A stretch of 64,000 nucleotides of DNA from Bacteroidales bacterium (lineage in GTDB: Bacteria > Bacteroidota > Bacteroidia > Bacteroidales > G3-4614), in assembly GCA_036656055.1 (NCBI GenBank), contig JAVVOY010000004.1:12841-76840 (forward strand), in the 5' to 3' direction. The position numbers and the translations under genes were made by a program. Below are positions 9,466 through 18,587 of this stretch, in pieces (position 1 is the stretch's first letter; each line of letters begins with the position of its first letter). The notes below the pieces were generated by a model that was given only the letters and a program-made list of their open reading frames with translations, had not been told where the DNA came from and ran no database searches.

Positions 9466-10440
9466 TTAGTAAGAACGGACTGTTATAAAATGCAATATAT
9501 CACGTAATGGATTGATCATCGGACTATCACCAAAATACAATAAAATAGAGTTCGCATCACTTTTTAATCTCTCCATAACTGATATGGCATAACTAATACC
9601 ACCCTGCTCTTTTGCATAAGTTATAAGTTCGGCTATCTCGTCATCTGATAGAGAATTTCCGGAAAGGAGTGCTCGCATCCTGTCATTAATTTCTCCTGTC
9701 CCGTTTTTAACGGCATAAATAAGAGGTAATGATATTTTCCCCTCTTTGAGGTCTGAACCTGTCGGTTTTCCCACTTTATCGTCTTCAAAATAATCAAAAA
9801 TATCGTCTCTAATTTGAAAACAAAGTCCGAGCTTCTCTCCGAAAGAGTAAAGGATGTCAAGTTCATCGGCAGATGCTCCGTTTGTAAGTCCTCCCATCCG
9901 CATACACGATGCAAAAAGCGATGCTGTTTTCTGCTTTATAACTCTAAAATAACGCTCCTCGTCTATTATATGCCCGTTAGCAGTTTCAATCTGGTCTATT
10001 TCTCCTTTTGCAAGCTCTTTACCTAAGTTTGCAATTGCGTCCGTTACATCACTACTTCCGGATAAAATAGCAGATTTTAAGGCACAAGACACGAAATAAT
10101 CTCCTACCAGAACCGCAATACGGTTATCCCAAACTCCGCTTATGGACTTTCTACCACGACGAAGAAGCGAACCATCAACGACATCATCGTGTATAAGGCT
10201 TGCATTGTGAAGCAACTCCACTGCAACAGCCGCATTTAAGGTAGAATCATTTATCGCACCAAATATCTTCGCACTAAGAATAACCAAGATAGGCCTAATC
10301 TGTTTCCCTTTAGATTTCAAAAAATAATTCACAACTTTCTCAAGAAGCCGGTTATCCGTACCGAGAGAATTGACAATAGCGGAATTAAAACGCGCCATCT
10401 CTTCTCTTATCGACTCTTTTATTGTGATCTCGTCTTCCAT
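9466..10440 (-). CDS. Polyprenyl diphosphate synthase (trans-isoprenyl, IspB-like)
   Basis: 324 aa. First and second aspartate-rich motifs LIHDDVVDGS and QIRDDIFDY. Confidence 0.92.
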   Translation of the reverse strand: MEDEITIKESIREEMARFNSAIVNSLGTDNRLLEKVVNYFLKSKGKQIRPILVILSAKIFGAINDSTLNAAVAVELLHNASLIHDDVVDGSLLRRGRKSISGVWDNRIAVLVGDYFVSCALKSAILSGSSDVTDAIANLGKELAKGEIDQIETANGHIIDEERYFRVIKQKTASLFASCMRMGGLTNGASADELDILYSFGEKLGLCFQIRDDIFDYFEDDKVGKPTGSDLKEGKISLPLIYAVKNGTGEINDRMRALLSGNSLSDDEIAELITYAKEQGGISYAISVMERLKSDANSILLYFGDSPMINPLRDILHFITVRSY

Positions 10441-10475
10441 CTGTTAACGGTAAAACTGTTATTTTATTAGGGTTA

Positions 10476-10483
10476 CAAAATTA
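10476..10483 (-). promoter_or_regulatory. Bacteroidota -7 promoter box (TAATTTTG on minus strand) for the polyprenyl synthase gene
   Basis: Plus strand CAAAATTA; the reverse complement fits TAnnTTTG. About 36 nt upstream of the ATG at 10440. Confidence 0.5.
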
Positions 10484-10551
10484 ACAATAAAAGGAGAGAT
10501 ATTGCTCACTTTATTGTAAATTTACCGAAATTTAAATTTTTATTCGCTCTT

Positions 10552-13329
10552 ATGCAGAAAAAACTGTTTCTTTTGGATGCTTACGCACTAATTTATAGGG
10601 CATATTACGCCTTCATCAAAAATCCGCGCATAAACTCCAAAGGAGTAAATACGTCTGCCATTTATGGCTTTGTAAACACCTTGGAAGAACTTCTGAGGAA
10701 AGAGAATCCATCACACATAGCCGTAGCCTTCGATCCTGCCGGACCAACTTTCAGACATGAACTATTTGATGCCTATAAGGCGCAGCGCGAAGAGACCCCT
10801 GAAGTCATAAGAGAATCTGTCCCAATAATAAAGGAGATTATAAAGGGTTACAATATTCCCATATTAGAAGTTCCGGGTTATGAGGCAGACGATGTTATTG
10901 GCACAATAGCAAAACTTGCCGAGAAACATGGTTATGATACTTACATGATGACCCCTGATAAAGATTTCGGTCAGTTAGTTAGCAATCATATATTCGTATA
11001 TAAGCCTAAATTCGGTGGAAACGATTTTGAGATACGCGGGGTTGAAGAGGTAAAACAAAAATATGAAATAGAGAGACCCGAACAGGTAATAGATATTCTT
11101 GGCCTGATGGGTGATGTATCAGACAATATACCAGGATGCCCGGGTGTTGGTGAGAAAACAGCCATAAAACTGTTAATGGAGTTCGGAAGCATCGATAATC
11201 TTCTGCTGTCGACAGACAGACTAAAAGGAGCTCTAAAGGAGAAGGTGATTGCAAATAAAGAACAGATACGATTTTCAAAACTTTTAGCAACAATAAAGAC
11301 AGACGTACCTATAATTTTTGATGAAAATGCTCTGTTGTATGAAAGTCCGGATTGTGAAAGATTGAATAAACTTTTCTCAGAACTTGAATTTCGTAATTTA
11401 GTAGAAAAAGTAACAGAAAAAAAATACAATAAAAAAGATGTTAAAACCGCTCCGATTCAACGCTCGCTCTTTGATGTATTTGTGGACGAAAGTACGGTTA
11501 AGCCTGAATATTCAACTCTAAAGGCTCCAAACAACCATCCGCATAGGTACTATTTAACTGATAATGAGGCTGGCATATCTGCTTTATCTGCAAAATTAGA
11601 GACCGCAGTTTTTTTCGCATTTGACACAGAAACTACTTCGCTTGAACCTATGAGGAGCAATTTGGTGGGAATGTCTTTCTCTTTAGCCGAAAACGAGGCA
11701 TATTATGTACCTATCCCTGAAAACAGGGAAGAGGCAATACGGATTGTGGAAAAATTTCGTAAGGCTCTGGAAAATCCTATTTCGCTAAAAATAGGACAGA
11801 ACATAAAATACGACTATATAGTTCTAAAGAAATATGGTATAATAATTGGTGGGGAAATTTTCGATACAATGGTGGCACATTATCTAATACAGCCGGAACT
11901 GCATCACAATATGGATTACCTTGCTGAGGTTTATCTCGACCATAAAACTATAAAGATAGATTCTCTTATTGGTAAAAGAGGCAAAGGACAACTCTCTATG
12001 CGCGATGTCCCTACTACTGAAATATGCGAATATGCAGCAGAAGATGCTGATATAACGCTGCGATTGAAAAATGTTCTCGAAAAGGAGATAGAGAGAGAGG
12101 GGTTAGAGAGGCTTTTCTATGATATAGAGATGCCTCTTGTAAGGGTTCTTGCCGATATGGAGATAGAAGGAGTGCGCATAGACACGAATGCTCTGTACGA
12201 GAGTTCTCAGATACTGACACGAAATCTTGCTGTCGTAGAACAAAAGATATATGATATTGCCGGGGAGAGTTTCAATATAAATTCATCGCGCAAAGTAGGC
12301 GAAATTCTTTTCGATAAATTAAAAATAGATGATAGGGCAAAAAGGACAAAGCAGGGGCAATATTCAACAACAGAAGAGATACTTGTTAAACTGACTGTCC
12401 GTCATCCGATAGTGGGTTTAATACTTGAATACCGTGGTATAAAGAAACTACTTACAACTTACGTAAATTCGCTTCCTGAGCTTATAAATATAGAAACGGG
12501 GAAAATACATACATCATTTAATCAAACAATTACTTCCACGGGGAGGCTAAGTTCAAGCAATCCTAACTTGCAAAATATACCTATTCGCGATAACAATGGA
12601 AAGGAGATACGCCGTGCATTCATTCCCGATGAAGGGGAACTGTTCTTCGCCGCAGACTACTCTCAGATAGAACTCAGGATAATGGCATACCTCAGTGGCG
12701 ATGAGCAGATGAGAGATGCTTTCAGCGCAGGTGAAGATATACACGCAGCAACAGCTTCAAAGATATACAAGGTTCCGATAGGCGAAGTAACTCCTGATAT
12801 GCGCAGAAAAGCAAAAACTGCCAATTTCGGCATTATTTACGGCATTTCAGCATTCGGGTTGGGGGAAAGGTTGAATATCTCAAGAGGTGAGGCAAAAGAG
12901 CTTATTGAAGGCTATTTTGACACATTCCCATCCGTGCGGACTTATATGGATAAAAGCATCGCGATTGCCCGCGAAAAAGGGTATGTAGAGACTATAACCG
13001 GACGCAAACGGGTGCTGCCAGATATAAACTCACATAACAGTATTGTACGAGGTTATGCCGAGAGAAATGCAATAAATGCCCCCATACAGGGTAGTGCGGC
13101 AGATATAATAAAAATAGCGATGGTACGTATTGCTGAAAGATTCAGAAAAGAGGGGATAGTAGCAAAGATGATCATTCAGGTACACGATGAACTTGATTTT
13201 TCAGTTCCTCTGCAAGAACTGGAACGTGTAAAGAAGATAGTCATGGAAGAGATGTCCGGAGCATATAAGATGAACATACCGCTGACAGCTGATACAGGGT
13301 ACGGCAAAAACTGGTTAGAGGCACATTAA
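10552..13329 (+). CDS. polA: DNA polymerase I
   Basis: 925 aa. 5'-3' exonuclease N-terminus LLDAYALIYRAYYA. 3'-5' exonuclease motif FAFDTETTSL. Polymerase motifs A DYSQIELRI, B RRKAKTANFGIIYG and C QVHDEL. Confidence 0.98.
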   Translation: MQKKLFLLDAYALIYRAYYAFIKNPRINSKGVNTSAIYGFVNTLEELLRKENPSHIAVAFDPAGPTFRHELFDAYKAQREETPEVIRESVPIIKEIIKGYNIPILEVPGYEADDVIGTIAKLAEKHGYDTYMMTPDKDFGQLVSNHIFVYKPKFGGNDFEIRGVEEVKQKYEIERPEQVIDILGLMGDVSDNIPGCPGVGEKTAIKLLMEFGSIDNLLLSTDRLKGALKEKVIANKEQIRFSKLLATIKTDVPIIFDENALLYESPDCERLNKLFSELEFRNLVEKVTEKKYNKKDVKTAPIQRSLFDVFVDESTVKPEYSTLKAPNNHPHRYYLTDNEAGISALSAKLETAVFFAFDTETTSLEPMRSNLVGMSFSLAENEAYYVPIPENREEAIRIVEKFRKALENPISLKIGQNIKYDYIVLKKYGIIIGGEIFDTMVAHYLIQPELHHNMDYLAEVYLDHKTIKIDSLIGKRGKGQLSMRDVPTTEICEYAAEDADITLRLKNVLEKEIEREGLERLFYDIEMPLVRVLADMEIEGVRIDTNALYESSQILTRNLAVVEQKIYDIAGESFNINSSRKVGEILFDKLKIDDRAKRTKQGQYSTTEEILVKLTVRHPIVGLILEYRGIKKLLTTYVNSLPELINIETGKIHTSFNQTITSTGRLSSSNPNLQNIPIRDNNGKEIRRAFIPDEGELFFAADYSQIELRIMAYLSGDEQMRDAFSAGEDIHAATASKIYKVPIGEVTPDMRRKAKTANFGIIYGISAFGLGERLNISRGEAKELIEGYFDTFPSVRTYMDKSIAIAREKGYVETITGRKRVLPDINSHNSIVRGYAERNAINAPIQGSAADIIKIAMVRIAERFRKEGIVAKMIIQVHDELDFSVPLQELERVKKIVMEEMSGAYKMNIPLTADTGYGKNWLEAH

Positions 13330-13384
13330 TAACTTAGGTACACTTGTTATTGCTGGGATTGTATAACTCTACCTAATAAGCATA

Positions 13385-14950
13385 TTATACAGAAAAGTGG
13401 TCGTAAATGTATTTGGTTTCGGCTAATGGATAACTATCAAACAGTTGCGTAACAGTAATATAATCTTGGGAGTTATTTTGTTGCATCTCAACCCTCCCCT
13501 TCTCAACACGATATAAGCCGTCATTAAACGGTAAGAGATCGTCCGCCACCGCCACCGTGAAAGCCTCTTTATCTGGATATTCAGAGGCATAGATTGTGAG
13601 ATATTTCAGCACATTTATTATGCGATACTGAAGCATATTATTCTCCGCATTTCCTGTTCCAAAATCGAAATTTCCATCAGCATAAAGCTCTGCCGGCTGA
13701 TCTGCATGATGTGAAAATCCTAACGTTATATACCACTCCGAAAGGCTCAGGTCTGCTGCAATAAGCATAGCCAAAGACTCCCCTTGGTGATACAACCAGT
13801 TGAATATTTCACGCATTATGGATTCAGAGAGACCGCGACGACGAAAATTTATCTCTGTTACTACACCGTAGATATAGCCCGAAGTTATTATATTCCCTCT
13901 AAACCGATGTAGATCGGCTGCCGAAACAATCTTCTCCCCTGCCCGCCTTACAAAACTCCGCCCTTTTGGACGCCAACGACAAAGATATTCTACAATAAAT
14001 TCAGAAGAATCGCCAAAACCTTGTTCAAAGAGAGAGAACATCTCCACTTCTGAATTTTTTTTATCCAGAAGATACCATTTTTTATAAAGCGCCAGAGGAT
14101 GATACGATAGTTTTGATTCCCTAAGTCCGGTTAGTCCCAAATCCTCCTCACGATTAATATAGAGGTATTTTTCCGGCAATGAATTTATGAATAGTTGGTT
14201 TATCATTGGAAAAGAACTCTCAAAATCTATGTCAGCTTTCTCAATATGTACACAAAACGTCTCATCATTTATTGCAGAGCCATAAGTAAATGCGACCATA
14301 TGTCCATCGACATACAGAGCCCCTCCGATAAGGGATAATTCATCGAAATGCTCCATTCCGCATCTTATTACATCGGCTTCAACGGCAAAATTTCGCATAT
14401 CAGTATGTTTTGCCGCCTGCCATTTGTGAAGCAGCATAAAAACCTCATTTTTATGTGTCGCAGCAAGTGGTTCGTAACGGTATTCATATTGTCGCCGGAA
14501 CTGGTTAATATGGTTGCGCTTGGATTGTAATTTCTTACCGCTCAAACTCCGAAGTGAGTCTGCTGAATATATGTAATCGGAGAAATCACGATTACTGTAA
14601 ACAAAAAATTCTTTATAACACTCAAGTGTAGCTATCCGCTCAGCAAACATGGACGAAAGACTCTGCATTCTTAACGGTTGCCCATTTGCCTGTGCATCTC
14701 TAATAATTTCGTTTATTACGTTCTCAAAATCTCCACTTCCAACGGGCTCAGCATAACCTATCTTGCCTTTTCCGTCTGTTCTAAACCTGATTATAAGAAA
14801 ACCGCCATACTCACATATCTCGGTATGATAGAAAGATGACCAACAATAGACATTGGCAAAGGCAAAATCACAGTTCTTTTCCCTACAACTATAAGTATAT
14901 TTCTCAAAAACGGCTTTATCAAAGGGGGTTACATATTTAAAATCGAGCAT
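13385..14950 (-). CDS. Fusion protein: DUF2156 (LPG-synthase C-terminal-like) + GNAT acetyltransferase (Eis-like) + SCP2-like tail
   Basis: 521 aa. The N-terminal ~300 aa carry DUF2156-type landmarks (CWSSFYHT, SGKKLQSKRNHINQF, HIEKADIDF, INREEDLGLTGLRESKLSYHP). The C-terminal half has GNAT motif A (RRRGLSESIMREIF) and a tail resembling the Eis sterol-carrier-like domain. Assigned by eye only. Confidence 0.6.
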   Translation of the reverse strand: MLDFKYVTPFDKAVFEKYTYSCREKNCDFAFANVYCWSSFYHTEICEYGGFLIIRFRTDGKGKIGYAEPVGSGDFENVINEIIRDAQANGQPLRMQSLSSMFAERIATLECYKEFFVYSNRDFSDYIYSADSLRSLSGKKLQSKRNHINQFRRQYEYRYEPLAATHKNEVFMLLHKWQAAKHTDMRNFAVEADVIRCGMEHFDELSLIGGALYVDGHMVAFTYGSAINDETFCVHIEKADIDFESSFPMINQLFINSLPEKYLYINREEDLGLTGLRESKLSYHPLALYKKWYLLDKKNSEVEMFSLFEQGFGDSSEFIVEYLCRWRPKGRSFVRRAGEKIVSAADLHRFRGNIITSGYIYGVVTEINFRRRGLSESIMREIFNWLYHQGESLAMLIAADLSLSEWYITLGFSHHADQPAELYADGNFDFGTGNAENNMLQYRIINVLKYLTIYASEYPDKEAFTVAVADDLLPFNDGLYRVEKGRVEMQQNNSQDYITVTQLFDSYPLAETKYIYDHFSV

Positions 14951-15026
14951 ACAAGCTATCGGTTAAACAGCAACAAACTTATTAAATTTTTTGTGAACAA
15001 CAATACACAAATGGCAGAGAAATATA

Positions 15027-16337
15027 TCAGTTTTTTGTGACCACGGGAAGAGGCTTTACTGATGCCTCTGCTGCCTGAATATAATCCTGACCCGAAAGAT
15101 TCTGAAATATCCTCAGCGAGAAACAATGCGCTACGGAGATAACATGCTCCAATATTTCAGATTGTATAGATTCGTAACTCTGCCATACCTTATTTGCAGA
15201 AAAACAGTATATCTGAAAAGGGATACCGTTTATAGTCGGCTCTAACAATCTTATCATTAATAACAAATTGGCGTTTACAAACGGATGCTTTTGCAGGTAG
15301 ATGGTAACATAGGCCCTGAAAAGCCCAAGATTAGTCTCAATAGTTCCGTTTACGAGCCCTGCGGCATTATCTGTATTCTCAATATTCCCAGTATCTCTCT
15401 GCGCCTCTTTTTGCGTTATATAGCTCTTTAATATCTCTATCTCCTGCAACGATTCAAGTAATTCAGGAGTCATCATCACTATCGTATCTGCATCAACCAT
15501 TAGGGAGGCCATTATCCTCCTACCTCCTGAATCCTGCATTCCTCTCCAGTTTTGCATTGGGGTTGATATCAAAGAGTAAGGTGGAATAGTAACTGTTGTA
15601 TTATCGAAATTCTGTATCTTCACCGTATTGAGAGCAATATCTGTTACAATTCCATTTGCCATGCCGTCAGATGTGACTATCCAATCTCCTTTTCTTATTA
15701 TGTCGTTTTGTGCCAACTGAACCCCAGCCACAAAGCCTAGAATAGAGTCTTTAAAAACTAACATAAGCACAGCAGCAAAAGCACCAAGCCCCGTTATTAG
15801 GTTTAGTGGCGATTTATTAATAAGGATTGAAACTGTGGCAATAACCCCCAACCCAATAATTACTCCACGCAAGAGTTGTAACATACCGTGAAGCGGACGT
15901 GTGCTATTGGCTTCACTGGTTGATACGATATGCCAGACAGCGGTAATAAAAAAATTTGAATAAGCAACAACAGAGAGAACAAAATATATCCACCCCATCC
16001 GCTCCATAACCTTTATAAAACTCGGATAATCGTCATAAACAAGTGGAAGCAGGGATATTATTATAAGCGGTGGAATAACAAAAATTATACGCGAGAAAAC
16101 CTCGTGCGAAACCAGAATCCTTACAACCCTGCTTTTGTTGTTACGCAATAAATATAGAAGCAGTTTATGCAGCACATAACGCACTCCCCATGCAAGCAGA
16201 AGGGAAAACGAAACAATAAGTAAAACATAGATTGTCCCATCAAGTTCATCAACGCGCATGGGAGAGACACCCCAGTTGATAAGGTGTGATTTTATGGTTT
16301 CTACGAGTTTTTCTGCAAACGGATGGGCTATTGCCAT
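15027..16337 (-). CDS. Mechanosensitive ion channel (MscS family)
   Basis: 436 aa. Several N-terminal TM helices, then the MscS beta-domain signature GDWIVTSDGMANGIVTDIALNTVKIQNFDNTTVTIP. Confidence 0.88.
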   Translation of the reverse strand: MAIAHPFAEKLVETIKSHLINWGVSPMRVDELDGTIYVLLIVSFSLLLAWGVRYVLHKLLLYLLRNNKSRVVRILVSHEVFSRIIFVIPPLIIISLLPLVYDDYPSFIKVMERMGWIYFVLSVVAYSNFFITAVWHIVSTSEANSTRPLHGMLQLLRGVIIGLGVIATVSILINKSPLNLITGLGAFAAVLMLVFKDSILGFVAGVQLAQNDIIRKGDWIVTSDGMANGIVTDIALNTVKIQNFDNTTVTIPPYSLISTPMQNWRGMQDSGGRRIMASLMVDADTIVMMTPELLESLQEIEILKSYITQKEAQRDTGNIENTDNAAGLVNGTIETNLGLFRAYVTIYLQKHPFVNANLLLMIRLLEPTINGIPFQIYCFSANKVWQSYESIQSEILEHVISVAHCFSLRIFQNLSGQDYIQAAEASVKPLPVVTKN

Positions 16338-16444
16338 AAAAGGAGTTTCTTTCTTTAACGGAAAAAAGACCTCGTAGGTTCAATGATTCAGGAATCATCA
16401 TTAAATTATCTAAAATACAACACATGACGATACTTATATCATGC

Positions 16445-16484
16445 AAAAAAAAATCAGGATGTATCATCTCTGATACATCCTGAT
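16445..16484 (-). terminator. Rho-independent terminator downstream of the ferredoxin gene
   Basis: Perfect 14-bp stem ATCAGGATGTATCA / TGATACATCCTGAT (16453-16466 and 16471-16484) with a 4-nt loop. Read on the minus strand it is followed by a T run of at least 8 (plus-strand A run 16445-16453). Confidence 0.85.
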
Positions 16485-16505
16485 ATAAATTTGTCTATCG
16501 GAGAA

Positions 16506-16673
16506 TTAATCCTCTTTGATGGCACCTGTAGGACAAACATCAGCGCATGAGCCACAGCTGATGCACTTATCGGGATCAATTTTATAGATATCGCCTTCAG
16601 ATATAGCCTCTACGGGACAAACACCTGCGCATGTTCCACATGCTACACAGTCTTCTGTGATTACGTAAGCCAT
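16506..16673 (-). CDS. Small 2x[4Fe-4S] ferredoxin (55 aa), absent from the supplied ORF track
   Basis: Hand translation of the minus strand gives MAYVITEDCVACGTCAGVCPVEAISEGDIYKIDPDKCISCGSCADVCPTGAIKED*, with two CxxCxxCxxxCP clusters. ATG at 16673-16671, TAA at 16508-16506. It has its own -7 box and terminator. Confidence 0.9.
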   Translation of the reverse strand: MAYVITEDCVACGTCAGVCPVEAISEGDIYKIDPDKCISCGSCADVCPTGAIKED

Positions 16674-16711
16674 TGTTTTTTAATTTTTAATTGATTAGTA
16701 CTAATACCGTG

Positions 16712-16719
16712 CAAATTTA
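16712..16719 (-). promoter_or_regulatory. Bacteroidota -7 promoter box (TAAATTTG on minus strand) for the ferredoxin gene
   Basis: Plus strand CAAATTTA; the reverse complement fits TAnnTTTG. About 39 nt upstream of the ferredoxin ATG. Confidence 0.5.
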
Positions 16720-16768
16720 CTGTTTTATAGTGAATGTGCAAAACGGCACATATATATTTTATTGCTTC

Positions 16769-17254
16769 TTACTTTAATTTATTACTAAGAGCAGCCATCC
16801 TTATTGCTGTAATTGCTGCCTCGTCGCCTTTATTGCCTAGAGATCCGCCTGCACGGTCTGAAGCCTGCTTCATATCGTCAGTGGTAAGTACTCCAAATAT
16901 AACCGGTATATCCAATAATGTATTAAGAGTTGTTACACCCTGTGTAACACCCTGACAGACATAATCAAAATGTGGCGTTCCGCCGCGGACAACACATCCC
17001 AACACAATTACAGCATCTGGGCGGTAAAATGCCGCAACTCGTTTTGCGCCAAAGGGAAGCTCTAACGTCCCCGGAACGGACTCCACAAATATATTTTCCG
17101 GTTTTACCCCATTTCCCTTTAAAGTATTGCGAACTCCTTCCAGAAGTTTACCGGTAATCTCAGTGTTCCACTCAGAGCATATCACTGCTATTCTGAAGTG
17201 CGACGCATCTGGAAGCGTTGCTTTATTATAGGCTGAAAGATCGGTTGTTGACAT
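16769..17254 (-). CDS. ribH: 6,7-dimethyl-8-ribityllumazine synthase
   Basis: 161 aa. Conserved RIAVICSEWN, VPGTLELPFGAKR and VIVLGCVVRGGTPHFDYV segments. Confidence 0.95.
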   Translation of the reverse strand: MSTTDLSAYNKATLPDASHFRIAVICSEWNTEITGKLLEGVRNTLKGNGVKPENIFVESVPGTLELPFGAKRVAAFYRPDAVIVLGCVVRGGTPHFDYVCQGVTQGVTTLNTLLDIPVIFGVLTTDDMKQASDRAGGSLGNKGDEAAITAIRMAALSNKLK

Positions 17255-17264
17255 ACTATATATT

Positions 17265-17298
17265 TAAAAAAGGGCTGTCCCCAAAGGGGTGCCCTTTT
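17265..17298 (-). terminator. Terminator-like stem-loop between the TPR gene and ribH
   Basis: AAAAGGGC (17268-17275) pairs with GCCCTTTT (17291-17298). An inner CCCC/GGGG stem lies at 17279-17282 / 17286-17289. A T run follows on the minus strand, and the structure lies only about 12 nt upstream of the ribH ATG. Confidence 0.6.
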
Positions 17299-17322
17299 GA
17301 TTATTATTACACGTAGAGTATG

Positions 17323-18021
17323 CTATTTATTTCCTACGTTTAATTTGGCACGCTCAATATACTTATCTATATCACGACCGATATAAGAATTCTCGTATTT
17401 ATCTTTTATCTGCTGATATAGTTCCACTGCCTTAGCGTAATCTCCTTTTTTCTCTGCTACAACCGCAGCTTTCTTGATAAAGATAGGGGTAGTAAGATCA
17501 TTTTCAGATTTATCGGCGGCACTAATAAAACTGTCCATAGCTTCATCGTATTTGCCGAGATTGGCATAACAGTTACCCATCATAGCTAATATATTAGGTG
17601 CTAATATTGCATCATCTCCACTATATTCCTCAAAATATTTTAATGCCTCTTCGTTATCACCAAGGTTGTAATAGCATATCCCGGTGTAAGCTTTTGCGAG
17701 GTTACCTGCTTTGGTAAACGAATATTCATCGGCAATAGCCTTAAATCCAATATAATCTGCACCATTACCGTTAAGGGCGAGATTAAAAGAGTCTCGCTCA
17801 AGGTACATCTCCCCTTTGAACATCTCTGCCTGCGCCTTAGCCTCTCGAGGGATAAAATAGAACTGACGTACTGCCAAAAAACCTACCACAACAACTATCG
17901 CTATAATAATTATCGCTATAATAGCCTTCTGATTCTTCTCTATCCAATGCTCAGTATTAAAGAGAACGGTGTTCATTTTATCTACTTCGTCCTGCTGCCC
18001 TTTATTATTATCCTTTACCAT
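17323..18021 (-). CDS. Membrane-anchored tetratricopeptide-repeat protein
   Basis: 232 aa. Single N-terminal TM helix AIIAIIIIAIVVVVGFLAV followed by TPR-like repeats (GICYYNLGDNEEALKYFE, GNCYANLGKYDEAMDSF, GDYAKAVELYQQI). The position between ribH and divergent recF is typical for Bacteroidota. Confidence 0.8.
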   Translation of the reverse strand: MVKDNNKGQQDEVDKMNTVLFNTEHWIEKNQKAIIAIIIIAIVVVVGFLAVRQFYFIPREAKAQAEMFKGEMYLERDSFNLALNGNGADYIGFKAIADEYSFTKAGNLAKAYTGICYYNLGDNEEALKYFEEYSGDDAILAPNILAMMGNCYANLGKYDEAMDSFISAADKSENDLTTPIFIKKAAVVAEKKGDYAKAVELYQQIKDKYENSYIGRDIDKYIERAKLNVGNK

Positions 18022-18119
18022 TTTATATTAAGTGTTTAGTTAATACACCTTCCGTAATGACAGCCAAGTTATAAATGTAATTGACATCATTATAACTCTT
18101 TCTCATCACTTTGAAGTCA

Positions 18120-18127
18120 CAAAAGTA
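18120..18127 (-). promoter_or_regulatory. Bacteroidota -7 promoter box (TACTTTTG on minus strand) for the TPR-ribH unit
   Basis: Plus strand CAAAAGTA; the reverse complement fits TAnnTTTG. About 100 nt upstream of the ATG at 18021. Confidence 0.45.
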
Positions 18128-18587
18128 ATCTAATTATAATTATTTACGAAATTTCAGTCCTTAATTTTTTGTTATCGCTTTTAAGTGATCCCAATTGTGT
18201 TGTAATTAACCCATTAATAAACGAGTGTCAGAAAAATATATTGTTGCAGACCAATTAATCTACTACTGAAGGATATGGTTATTATAACGTGGAAACTTCA
18301 ATTGATCTGCATTTAAATTACAGCATAAAACACCTTACAGATAAGTCGGCTGGAGATCGCATCCGGCAGAGTGATGAATATGGATTTTTTGTAATGGCTG
18401 TGCCATTACCATTAAAACAGACTGATAATGAGAGCGTTTATTTTGGGGACAAACAGATGTTATCAACTAATTGCTCGTTAATGTTCTGATTGATTGGTGG
18501 TAGGGGTAAAGTTATATTATGTTTACTTGCATTGAGAGATTGGGAAAAATGGTTACCTTCGCAGTTCGGGAACAATTTGCCACGGTT

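Noticed and set aside
18289-18489. 66-aa ORF in the TPR/recF spacer.
   Set aside because: It has a non-ATG (GTG) start, no promoter box, and no signal peptide or motif. The region is kept only as an unexplained spacer.
18519-18587. N-terminal extensions in the ORF track for recF (18519), tyrS (45835), the S41 peptidase (53097), the PlsC-like gene (23487), the WG-repeat gene (21602) and ftsL (24561).
   Set aside because: In each case an internal ATG gives the family-typical N-terminus or signal peptide. For tyrS and the PlsC-like gene, a promoter box lies inside the extension.
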